DNA of 64,000 nucleotides from Candidatus Enterousia sp. (GTDB lineage Bacteria > Pseudomonadota > Alphaproteobacteria > Rs-D84), in assembly GCA_045649345.1 (NCBI GenBank), contig JAZRPS010000018.1, positions 75,499-139,498 on the forward strand, written 5' to 3'. The notes under the pieces are model-generated. The model did not search any database and was not told where the DNA came from. It was given only the letters and a program-made list of their open reading frames with translations. Positions within the stretch are counted from its first letter, which is position 1. The number at the start of each line of letters is the position of its first letter. Positions 20,842 through 28,589 of this stretch are shown one piece after another. The translations under genes were made by a program, and so were the position numbers.

Positions 20842-22062
20842 TTATTTTCTTGTCACCAAAAATTCGGAAACCTTTTTCAATGCCCAAACCAATAAAACCG
20901 TCATGCACAAGAAAACAACCAAGGTCGCCGTTATACCAAACCCATCTAACAAAACCTTTGCCAACATTAATGTCATTGCCCCACAAACTGTCGACACCAT
21001 TGCACGCGTAGACAACACAGTTCCACGCTCTTGCGATTTTATACTATGATGAATCAATGTATTATATTGCAAATTATTCAGCACACGTACCGCCGGCAGC
21101 ATCGCCAGCACAGCACACACAACATAAACCAATGCCATGCTCGGCGCATAAATCGCAACCAATCCCATAAATATACTTAAAACAATAGCACCAATTGTTA
21201 TAATCGAAACCTTAATTTCGCCATATCTTTCACAAATTTTATACGCATATTTCGACAAAACAATTTCAGAAAATTGTTTCATACCTAAATACAATCCAAA
21301 CAGTTGAACCGGGACCATTGCTGTTTCCATTATCGGCTGCGAAATCCATAACAACACAATTGTAAACGCACCAAACATTGCCGGAAATAAAATCAAATTT
21401 CGCAATCTGGGATTTTGCAACGTATGCCATGTAATCCCCAATGCATCTGCAATCGCTGTTTTGTTTTTCACAACACGTTTTACCTCTAATAATTCTGGTA
21501 AAAAACAAAACGCAAATACCGACATTAATGCAAACAATATCTGAACCCAAAGCAAGCAATCACCACCAAAACGTGCAAACAAACCGCCACCGAAAATCGC
21601 AGCAACGAATGATGCTGCACTGCCAAACGTCATAATATTTCCAAACTCTTTCAAGAACTGTTTTTGCGTTTTATTGCGCTTTAACAAATCGTACGTATAC
21701 GCTTCTAATGTACCTGTAAACAGTGCGGACGTAACACCTAACAAAGCCTCTCCTAAAACAATAGCCCAAAAACCGTACGCCATCGCAATTACAGAAAATC
21801 CCGCCACACAAAACGCGCCACCCATAATCATCACACGACGACGACTAAATCTATCCGACAAATACCCTGATGGAATTTCAAACAAAAAAGCAACCAATCT
21901 AAAAATTCCCTGAATCAGAAAAAAATCACCAACACTGATACCACGTTGCGTATAAACCAAAACAATCACCGGCAACACCAACATAAAATTGTGAAAGAAC
22001 CACCCTGCCCGCAACAAATACAGCCCACGTTTAACGGATTTAATTGATTGATTTTTTGCCAT
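20842..22062 (-). CDS. MFS transporter
   Basis: 406 aa with ~12 predicted TM helices. Confidence 0.7.
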   Translation of the reverse strand: MAKNQSIKSVKRGLYLLRAGWFFHNFMLVLPVIVLVYTQRGISVGDFFLIQGIFRLVAFLFEIPSGYLSDRFSRRRVMIMGGAFCVAGFSVIAMAYGFWAIVLGEALLGVTSALFTGTLEAYTYDLLKRNKTQKQFLKEFGNIMTFGSAASFVAAIFGGGLFARFGGDCLLWVQILFALMSVFAFCFLPELLEVKRVVKNKTAIADALGITWHTLQNPRLRNLILFPAMFGAFTIVLLWISQPIMETAMVPVQLFGLYLGMKQFSEIVLSKYAYKICERYGEIKVSIITIGAIVLSIFMGLVAIYAPSMALVYVVCAVLAMLPAVRVLNNLQYNTLIHHSIKSQERGTVLSTRAMVSTVCGAMTLMLAKVLLDGFGITATLVVFLCMTVLLVWALKKVSEFLVTRK

Positions 22063-22122
22063 ATTAGCATGATAACATATTCAGGAATTAAATTCTAATC
22101 AAAATTAGCTATTTCGCCCCTT

Positions 22123-22360
22123 TTATCCAACCACCGCAACATAAAAATAAAATGCCCAAAACGGGCATTTAATTTTTATAGCGGATGGTGAGGGATTGTA
22201 AATTCCCATCTTCGCTTTCGCTCTATGGGCCCCTTTCGCCTACGGCTTCGAACCCCACGCAACTTCGTTGCTCATCCGGGTGTTCTTATCCAACCACCGC
22301 AACATAAAAATAAAATGCCCAAAACGGGCATTTAATTTTTATGGCGGATGGTGAGGGATT
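22123..22360. repeat. Tandem partial duplicate of the tRNA-Ser 3' region: two 75-bp direct repeats (22123-22197 and 22286-22360, 1 mismatch) flank an 88-bp insert that starts with the same 50-bp core (22198-22247) seen at tRNA-Arg
   Basis: Each repeat contains the tRNA 3' 19 nt plus 56 bp of flank, including the gcccaaaacgggc terminator hairpin. On the tRNA strand the insert reads ...gcgtGGGGTTCGAA[core]AATCCCTCACCATCCGCTA. Confidence 0.85.
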
Positions 22361-22431
22361 CGAACCCCCGGTGGAGTTGCCCCCACAACGGTTTTCAAGA
22401 GCGTCGCATTCGACCGCTCTGCCAACCATCC
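22342..22431 (-). tRNA. Class II tRNA with long variable arm, most likely tRNA-Ser (anticodon TGA)
   Basis: GGATGGT...CTCTTGAAAACCG...GGGGGTTCGAATCCCTCACCATCCGCCA has a 7-bp acceptor stem, a T-loop and a long variable stem. The cloverleaf could not be fully folded by eye. Confidence 0.7.
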
Positions 22432-22568
22432 GAAACTATACACGCCGGCGGTTCTTTCAAACCGACGGTTTTGGTGTTTCACATGACATTGTCATGCTCA
22501 CACTCCACTTCGCTGGCGCTTCGTAGTCAAGACCGCTCATCTCAACACGCTCTGCCAACCATCCGAAA
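22415..22568. repeat. 21-bp direct repeat of the tRNA-Ser 5' end (22415-22435 within the gene; 22548-22568 as an upstream fragment) separated by 112 bp
   Basis: cgctctgccaaccatccgaaa appears twice, covering tRNA positions 1-17 plus 4 nt of flank. The spacer contains a catgacaatgtcatg palindrome and a GATGAGCGGTC motif resembling the tails of the 3' inserts. Confidence 0.8.
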
Positions 22569-22577
22569 GTATATTCA

Positions 22578-22877
22578 CTAATTTGTCAGACAGCACCAAC
22601 GGCGCACATTATACATTATTTTTTTTAAAATTGCAAACATAAAATCATATATCCAATAACAAATCCCTAAATCAACAATGACACAACCAGGACGTTGCAT
22701 GGTATCATATAGTTGAAAACCAAAGTCATTTTTCTGATAGTAATTATCAATCGCCAGCATTCTTACCAAGATATCTGCACGATTTATATTTTGTTTCATA
22801 GAGTGAGAAAAGAGCCATTCGGTATCAAGTATCGTTTCGTCAATCAGCTTGTATTTTGGATATGGTATAAGATTCAT
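22578..22877 (-). CDS. Hypothetical ORF in an AT-rich spacer (possibly a gene fragment)
   Basis: 99 aa with no recognised motif in unusually AT-rich DNA; its C-terminal part looks low-complexity. Confidence 0.2.
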   Translation of the reverse strand: MNLIPYPKYKLIDETILDTEWLFSHSMKQNINRADILVRMLAIDNYYQKNDFGFQLYDTMQRPGCVIVDLGICYWIYDFMFAILKKIMYNVRRWCCLTN

Positions 22878-22997
22878 ATTACAGAGAGGTTTCTTTTTAG
22901 CCTATCGTATTATATCGTCTTGTCAAATAATATATTGTAATTAGATTGACTTTTAACATGCTTGGTATAAAATAATGAAAGATCAAAGGGTTCTTTT

Positions 22998-24281
22998 ATG
23001 ACTAAATATGTTGCTGGGATTGATTTTGGGACAACTAATTCTGCTGCTGCGATTTCTGATGGGGCTACACCACGTATGGTGGATGTAGAAGGCGGCAAAG
23101 ACACAATTCCAACCGCATTATTTTTTGCAGATAAAACCAATAGTGTGCATTATGGTCGTGACGCACAGAATAAATATACAAATGGCGATGGTTCTGGGCG
23201 TTTTATGCGCAGCATGAAGCGTATTTTGGGATCACAAACAATGCGTGGTGGGACGGTCGTAAATGGAAAAATGACCCGCTTTGATACAATTATTGAATAT
23301 TTTGTAAAACACCTGAAACAGAAAATTGATAAGGCAGCAGGCACCAAGGTTGAATATGTTGTTATGGGGCGACCAGTACATTTTCGTGATAACGATCCTG
23401 CTGGTGATGCCCAAGCCCAGGCGGAATTGGAAAAAATCGCACTTGCAGCCGGTTTTAAACATGTCGCATTTCAGTATGAGCCAATTGCAGCAGCCTTTGC
23501 ACACGAACAGAATTTAACATCGGAAAAGCTTGCTTTTGTTGTTGATATTGGCGGTGGGACATCTGACTTTACAGTTATCAGATTATCGCCAGAACGCAAG
23601 TTCAAGTTGGATAGAACCGAAGATGTATTGGCTAATACGGGTGTTCGTATTGGCGGAAATGATTTTGACAAGGCGCTATCAATGAAATCATTTATGCCAT
23701 GTTTTGGATTGGGGACAGAGTATAAATCGTATGATAAAAACATCACAATCCCAACCAGTCCGTATATCAGTCTTTCCACATGGTCATCTGTGAACGAAGT
23801 GTATAACTATAAAACACTGAATATGGTGCGTGGCTATACTGTTTGGGGGCTGGAACCAGAAAAAACAAAACGTCTATATGAAATAATAGAAAATCGTCTG
23901 GGGCATAAAAACTTAGATTATGTTGAAAATGCTAAAATGGCACTATCTTCACAGCAGGACTATGAAATAGTTTTAGACTTTTTAGCAGATGCTCCATTGG
24001 TCAAAACTAATCGTTCTATTTTTGAAGACTCTATCAAGTCTGATATAGCCAAAATTGAAAAGTCTGTTCAAGAGTGCATCGCCCAGGCAGGCATAAAAAA
24101 TACAGATATAGAATTAGTCATTTTAACGGGTGGTTCGACCGAAATTCCATATGTCAGTCGTGTTATGCAATCTTATTTCCCAAATGCAGAATTGTCATCA
24201 GCAAATAAAATGGCAAGTGTGGGCCTTGGCTTGGCATACGATGCAATGCGTCGATTTGCCGAACCACAACATACGAAATAA
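22998..24281 (+). CDS. Hsp70-family protein, YegD-like (actin-like ATPase, NBD only)
   Basis: MTKYVAGIDFGTTNSAAA...ELEKIALAAGFKHVAFQYEPIAAAFAHEQ...VVDIGGGTSDFTVIRLS...RIGGNDFDKALSMK aligns along the whole length with E. coli YegD. Confidence 0.8.
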   Translation: MTKYVAGIDFGTTNSAAAISDGATPRMVDVEGGKDTIPTALFFADKTNSVHYGRDAQNKYTNGDGSGRFMRSMKRILGSQTMRGGTVVNGKMTRFDTIIEYFVKHLKQKIDKAAGTKVEYVVMGRPVHFRDNDPAGDAQAQAELEKIALAAGFKHVAFQYEPIAAAFAHEQNLTSEKLAFVVDIGGGTSDFTVIRLSPERKFKLDRTEDVLANTGVRIGGNDFDKALSMKSFMPCFGLGTEYKSYDKNITIPTSPYISLSTWSSVNEVYNYKTLNMVRGYTVWGLEPEKTKRLYEIIENRLGHKNLDYVENAKMALSSQQDYEIVLDFLADAPLVKTNRSIFEDSIKSDIAKIEKSVQECIAQAGIKNTDIELVILTGGSTEIPYVSRVMQSYFPNAELSSANKMASVGLGLAYDAMRRFAEPQHTK

Positions 24282-24507
24282 AAATTCCCTGTAAAACTGG
24301 ATTTTATATGTGAAGTATCATGTTACGTTCATACCCTGCCAACAAAGTGGCAGTGCGAAAAAGCCTATTGGATGTAAATGGCGCTTTTTTTATGCATTTT
24401 TGCATCCGCAAAAACACATCCGTTTACACACATCAAAAAACATCACCCGCACCCCCGCAGAACTCTGGGATATAAAAAATAGACGTGTGCCGAACACACG
24501 TCTATTA

Positions 24508-24723
24508 TTATCTCTGGTCGGGGCGACAATGAGTAAATTTGCCAAGTATCAAACGCAGGCAAATTGTCACGAATGCCACGCAGATTTATCACATTTTGTG
24601 ATAAAGCGAGTGAAACGTTCGAACCCGACAAAAGGATTTTGTCGTTTGAATCCACAGTTCCACCAAAATAAACAAAAATACCGCATTAACTGCGGTATTT
24701 TTGTTTATCTCTGGTCGGGGCGA
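24508..24723. repeat. 19-bp direct repeat of the tRNA-Pro 3' end plus flank (24508-24526 and 24705-24723) flanking a 178-bp insert
   Basis: ttatctctggtcggggcga occurs twice. On the tRNA strand the insert carries a T-arm-like GTCGGGTTCGAAC, then ~95 nt ending ...caaatttactcattg, then TCGCCCCGACCA. It also contains the bidirectional hairpin taccgcattaactgcggta. Confidence 0.8.
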
Positions 24724-24788
24724 AAGGATTCGAACCTTCGACATCTTGGTCCCAAACCAAGCACTCTACCAGACTGAGCTACACCCCG
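24712..24788 (-). tRNA. tRNA-Pro (anticodon TGG)
   Basis: CGGGGTGTAGCTCAGTCTGGTAGAGTGCTTGGTTTGGGACCAAGATGTCGAAGGTTCGAATCCTTTCGCCCCGACCA folds as a clean cloverleaf. Confidence 0.9.
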
Positions 24789-24885
24789 AAACGAGAGGTA
24801 TTATAACAGCATTTTTTTCAAATGCAAATTTTTATTTACATTTTATGCTTGTTTGATTTCATTAAGTTTTATATCATACAAATGA

Positions 24886-25881
24886 ATGAGAAGGATATTT
24901 CAATATTTTATAATATTTTCTGTTGTCGCCACTGGTGCATATGCCATGACACGCGATGCGCAACTGACCAACACAACTGGTTATAATTACAACTATATGT
25001 ATCCATATATGAACAATCAGATGCGTACCGACCTAAATCCCGGTGTCACGACATCACAATCATTAAGCCCGATAAACACCGTCGTGAAAACAACAAAATT
25101 ATCCGCAGACAGACGCGTTGTGCCACGCAAGACAAGCACCGCACGCAGTGCATCCAACACAAACATGGCACCACGAATTAATACCAGCACGCAATCCGAT
25201 ACGCGTCGCGTCGTTGCACGTAGTGCGTCCAGTACAAATGCACGTCGTATGACCAATCCTGCGAATCGCCGTGTCGTTGCACGTGCCGGCATTAATCAAC
25301 CGGGCAACATGCGTACTGGGACACGTGCAGAAACCACAAATACATACCGTAATGCAACCAACACGAACAATACATACACAACAACCCAGCGCACGTCATC
25401 AACCCGTTGTTTGGCAGACTATATGGAATGCATGGACAGGTATTGTGAACGCGAAAACACTGCATACAATCGATGTTATTGCAGTTCAAAACTGTCGCAA
25501 ATCGATTCGACATACCAATCTGAAATCGACAGTCTTATTAAACAGATTATTGCGCTACAAGGCATAAACAAATGGACCGACACAGAAATGAACGAATACT
25601 GGATGGACACAATCGGTAAATATTCGGGCGATAATTCTTGGACGAATATTGATGACGCATTGAACATCGATTGGGCAGGCATGGAAAGCCGTGTTCGCGG
25701 TCAAAACGCATTTACAACTGGTCATGAATATTGTGTTCAGCATTTGCGTGGCTGTTATTACATGGCATCAAACCTGCGTGACGCATATCGATCTGAAATC
25801 GCACGTGACTGCAACACTTACGAACAAGCCCTGCAAAAATTGAAAAATGCCGCCGAAAGTATCATAGGTGCATACAAATGA
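24886..25881 (+). CDS. Secreted protein with an Arg/Thr/Asn-rich repetitive N-half (RRVV(A/P)R repeats) and a Cys-containing C-terminal domain
   Basis: Sec signal MRRIFQYFIIFSVVATGAYA, repeats RRVVPR/RRVVAR x4, then C-terminal CLADYMECMDRYCERENTAYNRCYC. Confidence 0.55.
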   Translation: MRRIFQYFIIFSVVATGAYAMTRDAQLTNTTGYNYNYMYPYMNNQMRTDLNPGVTTSQSLSPINTVVKTTKLSADRRVVPRKTSTARSASNTNMAPRINTSTQSDTRRVVARSASSTNARRMTNPANRRVVARAGINQPGNMRTGTRAETTNTYRNATNTNNTYTTTQRTSSTRCLADYMECMDRYCERENTAYNRCYCSSKLSQIDSTYQSEIDSLIKQIIALQGINKWTDTEMNEYWMDTIGKYSGDNSWTNIDDALNIDWAGMESRVRGQNAFTTGHEYCVQHLRGCYYMASNLRDAYRSEIARDCNTYEQALQKLKNAAESIIGAYK

Positions 25882-26708
25882 CACACTTTTTAGGAATCGA
25901 ATACGGACGCGGTTGCTTAAAAAACGCAATTGATGGGGGGCCTGCACTGGGACCACGTGCGATAGAAAAAATGTTTCCAGCGCACAAATGGTCAATAATT
26001 ACCGCCGAACCATTTAATCCAATCGAATGCGCGAACGACCGTTTTGGCGAAAATTTTAAAATACAACAAAAAATATGCCAAAATACGCCAAACACACCAC
26101 ATATTATGGTTGGTGGCGACCATTCTGTAAATTATGGTCATTTTGTCGCACTGGCAAATGCCTTGCCAGAACAAAACTTGTGCCTGATATACATTGATGC
26201 ACACCTGGACATACACACCCCCGAAACCGCCATTGCCCAGGCATCTGGCGCACCACACGGCACAAATGTTCGCGCATTATTGGGGAATGGTGATGCACGC
26301 TGGTTAACATTACAAGACAAACGCCCTGCCCTGCATCCAGAAAATTTATTTTACATCGGTACACGATCTTTTGAACCGGCGGAAATAGAATTCGCAACAC
26401 GACAAAATATCTATATCAAATACGCCAATGAATTAAACACATTATCTGATTGGGAACAAACCGTTTCAGAAATTCGCGAACGAATCGACGACAGACCATT
26501 CGTTGTATCATTTGATTTTGACGCAATCGACCCAAAATACTTTCGTGACGTGCTGGTTCCTGCAAAAAATGGTCTTTGCGTTGATGCTGCTAAATACTTT
26601 ATTAACGCCTTTAAAGATGCACACTGTTTCGAATTTGTAGAGTACGCCCCCAATGGCGACAAACAAAGCGCACAAATCACACACGATTTAATTGAGATAC
26701 TGGTATAA
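25878..26708 (+). CDS. Arginase/agmatinase/formiminoglutamase-family (ureohydrolase) enzyme
   Basis: Binuclear-Mn motifs GGDHSVNYG, DAHLDIHTP and SFDFDAIDP. The ATGA overlap with the upstream gene indicates co-transcription. Confidence 0.75.
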   Translation: MTHFLGIEYGRGCLKNAIDGGPALGPRAIEKMFPAHKWSIITAEPFNPIECANDRFGENFKIQQKICQNTPNTPHIMVGGDHSVNYGHFVALANALPEQNLCLIYIDAHLDIHTPETAIAQASGAPHGTNVRALLGNGDARWLTLQDKRPALHPENLFYIGTRSFEPAEIEFATRQNIYIKYANELNTLSDWEQTVSEIRERIDDRPFVVSFDFDAIDPKYFRDVLVPAKNGLCVDAAKYFINAFKDAHCFEFVEYAPNGDKQSAQITHDLIEILV

Positions 26709-27677
26709 TTAACGAATTCTTATATTTGCAATAAAATTTTCCAGACGTTTATCATCAACCCAGGAAGCATACGTCGAAATTAAATCAATCGCCTGTTCCA
26801 TCTCTTTTAAACTACGTGTATTACAGCGCGCGCTTGCAATGGATTTTTCAACTGCCGCCATATCATAACTCATAATTTGACGATACAATTTACGCGACAA
26901 ATAAGACAACGACCCATAACTTGTCTTATACGTTTCACCCCAGTCTATTCTGCGCCCACAACGACGATTTCTGGAATCATCTTCATTTTCACTTGTTGCA
27001 AAAATTTCATTTTTGTTTTCACGACTTGGAATATTATCGATAACATCACCAGCCCACGCAGATAACATATATTTTTCGTGTTTTAACGACGCCATATAAA
27101 TTTTATTATTATCACACGGTTCCGCATACGATGCTGCCAAGGCAGTTGCAACTTCAAACCAAATACCATGATCGCAATTATCCCCCCATAAATGTATATC
27201 GTCATACAGTTTCAACGCATAATGTGCGTTTATTTCCGGAAAAGACAATTTACAAACAAAGCCAACGCCGCCCTGCCAAATATTTATTCCATGTTCATTG
27301 ACGCCACGCACCAACATTTTACATGGCGTATCAAACAAATCGGAAATCTGCTTCAAATCATAGACGCGACTGCCATCCTTATTTCTAATGTCATATATAT
27401 TTTGAATTAAAAAGTTTTCTAAGCCATTACGAAATTCATATGTCACGCGCGAAACATCTTCTTTTGGCAAACGATTACGCAATTCTGGTGGCAAGGCGCC
27501 TAAATATGGCGACACATCCGTACAATGTACTATTTTCTGCAAAATACGAGTATCACGATTCCATTTTCGACGCAAAAAACCAGTCAGCGCAACATGCTTT
27601 ACACGCCGTTTACCTTCTTTATACGATAAAAATTTAATACCTTGTCCCATCACAATACAAATATAGGACAAATACAC
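26709..27677 (-). CDS. Hypothetical protein of unknown function
   Basis: 322-aa ORF convergent on the arginase-family gene. It has weak kinase-like patterns (GQGIKF, HLWGDNCDHG, IDWGE) but no confident family match. Confidence 0.4.
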   Translation of the reverse strand: MYLSYICIVMGQGIKFLSYKEGKRRVKHVALTGFLRRKWNRDTRILQKIVHCTDVSPYLGALPPELRNRLPKEDVSRVTYEFRNGLENFLIQNIYDIRNKDGSRVYDLKQISDLFDTPCKMLVRGVNEHGINIWQGGVGFVCKLSFPEINAHYALKLYDDIHLWGDNCDHGIWFEVATALAASYAEPCDNNKIYMASLKHEKYMLSAWAGDVIDNIPSRENKNEIFATSENEDDSRNRRCGRRIDWGETYKTSYGSLSYLSRKLYRQIMSYDMAAVEKSIASARCNTRSLKEMEQAIDLISTYASWVDDKRLENFIANIRIR

Positions 27678-27690
27678 GCATTGTCAACAA

Positions 27691-27897
27691 CTATTTATTT
27701 AACTCCTCGCATATTTTATTATGTCGATATATATTTCGCGCTAAATCATCACTGATAACCTCCCAATCTGTCATTCGCCCATATATTGGTATACAGGACA
27801 CATCCAGGCATACATTATTCTGCAATTGTGTATCTTTCGCGCAAGATACGACGAATATCGACAAGACCACGACTAAAAGTTTCTGCATTAACATCAC
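27691..27897 (-). CDS. Small putative lipoprotein
   Basis: MMLMQKLLVVVLSIFVVSCAKD is a signal peptide with a lipobox-like VVSC. It overlaps the next ORF by 83 nt in another frame. Confidence 0.3.
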   Translation of the reverse strand: MMLMQKLLVVVLSIFVVSCAKDTQLQNNVCLDVSCIPIYGRMTDWEVISDDLARNIYRHNKICEELNK

Positions 27898-28057
27898 CTA
27901 CCTTTTTTAATATTTCTGATTGCATATTCGATTGTGCAACCAGTGTTTCTGTCTGACAATTGGTATGCCCAACATATTTTCCCACAAAAAAAGCAAAAAA
28001 AATGACACCAAACAGTGTCAAAAAAATACAAATTCGCATTTTAAACCCCAAAAACAT
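27815..28057 (-). CDS. Small membrane/secreted hypothetical protein
   Basis: 80 aa with an N-terminal TM (MRICIFLTLFGVIFFAFFV). It overlaps the 27691-27897 ORF, which may indicate a frameshifted single gene. Confidence 0.3.
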   Translation of the reverse strand: MFLGFKMRICIFLTLFGVIFFAFFVGKYVGHTNCQTETLVAQSNMQSEILKKVGDVNAETFSRGLVDIRRILRERYTIAE

Positions 28058-28089
28058 TTAAAAACCCACCAATTGGTGGGTTGATTTCA

Positions 28090-28296
28090 TTAGAAGCCGA
28101 AAACCATACGCTGTTTTGATTGACGTTTCTTTTCGTTGCGAACAGCTTCTTCCTTCAAACGCTTGCGTCGTGTTGTTGGTTTTTCATAACGCTGACGTTC
28201 TTTCATTTCGCGGTACAGGCCTTCTTTCTGTGATTTACGTTTTGCAACACGCAATGCCTGTTCGACGTTATTGTCGCGAACCAGAACTTTTACCAT
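28090..28296 (-). CDS. rpsU: 30S ribosomal protein S21
   Basis: [46 protein letters not shown]. Confidence 0.9.
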   Translation of the reverse strand: MVKVLVRDNNVEQALRVAKRKSQKEGLYREMKERQRYEKPTTRRKRLKEEAVRNEKKRQSKQRMVFGF

Positions 28297-28372
28297 CGGT
28301 CATTCACCCCCTTTACACGTTTTCGCTTATTCTACATAAGAAGGGGATTTTCATCCCCTTCCCCTTTTGTTT

Positions 28373-28448
28373 TGGTGGAGCTGATCAGGCTCGAACTGAC
28401 GACCCCCTGCTTGCAAAGCAGGTGCTCTACCAACTGAGCTACAACCCC
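28373..28448 (-). tRNA. tRNA-Ala (anticodon TGC)
   Basis: GGGGTTGTAGCTCAGTTGGTAGAGCACCTGCTTTGCAAGCAGGGGGTCGTCAGTTCGAGCCTGATCAGCTCCACCA carries the G3:U70 Ala identity pair. Confidence 0.9.
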
Positions 28449-28589
28449 AAAACTTTGCACTTTCATCATGAAAGCGAACGCATTTTATACAATTTAAAAG
28501 ACTTTGTCAATCCAAAAATTATTTTTATAAAAAATAAAATCGCTTTTAAACTAGACTTTTATCAAATACACCGTATAATAATACTCATT

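Noticed and set aside
24480-24710. Possibility that the tRNA-Pro-associated insert is a permuted two-piece tmRNA (the sequence ends ...TCCACCA and has GGGGCGAC nearby)
   Set aside because: No tag-peptide reading frame ending in a LAA-type codon run was found. The GGGGCGA is simply the tRNA-Pro 3' repeat and the TCCACCA lacks a convincing T-arm, so it is better explained as a tRNA 3' fragment.
24310-24777. 155-aa plus-strand ORF spanning the tRNA-Pro region
   Set aside because: It runs antisense through tRNA-Pro, the tRNA 3' repeat and a strong terminator hairpin. The product is low-complexity and unrecognisable, so it is almost certainly spurious.
28116-28589. Long N-terminal extension of the ABC exporter ORF (track start 28116)
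   Set aside because: The extension is antisense to rpsU and tRNA-Ala. ABC-exporter homology begins at MVKKIS (28590).
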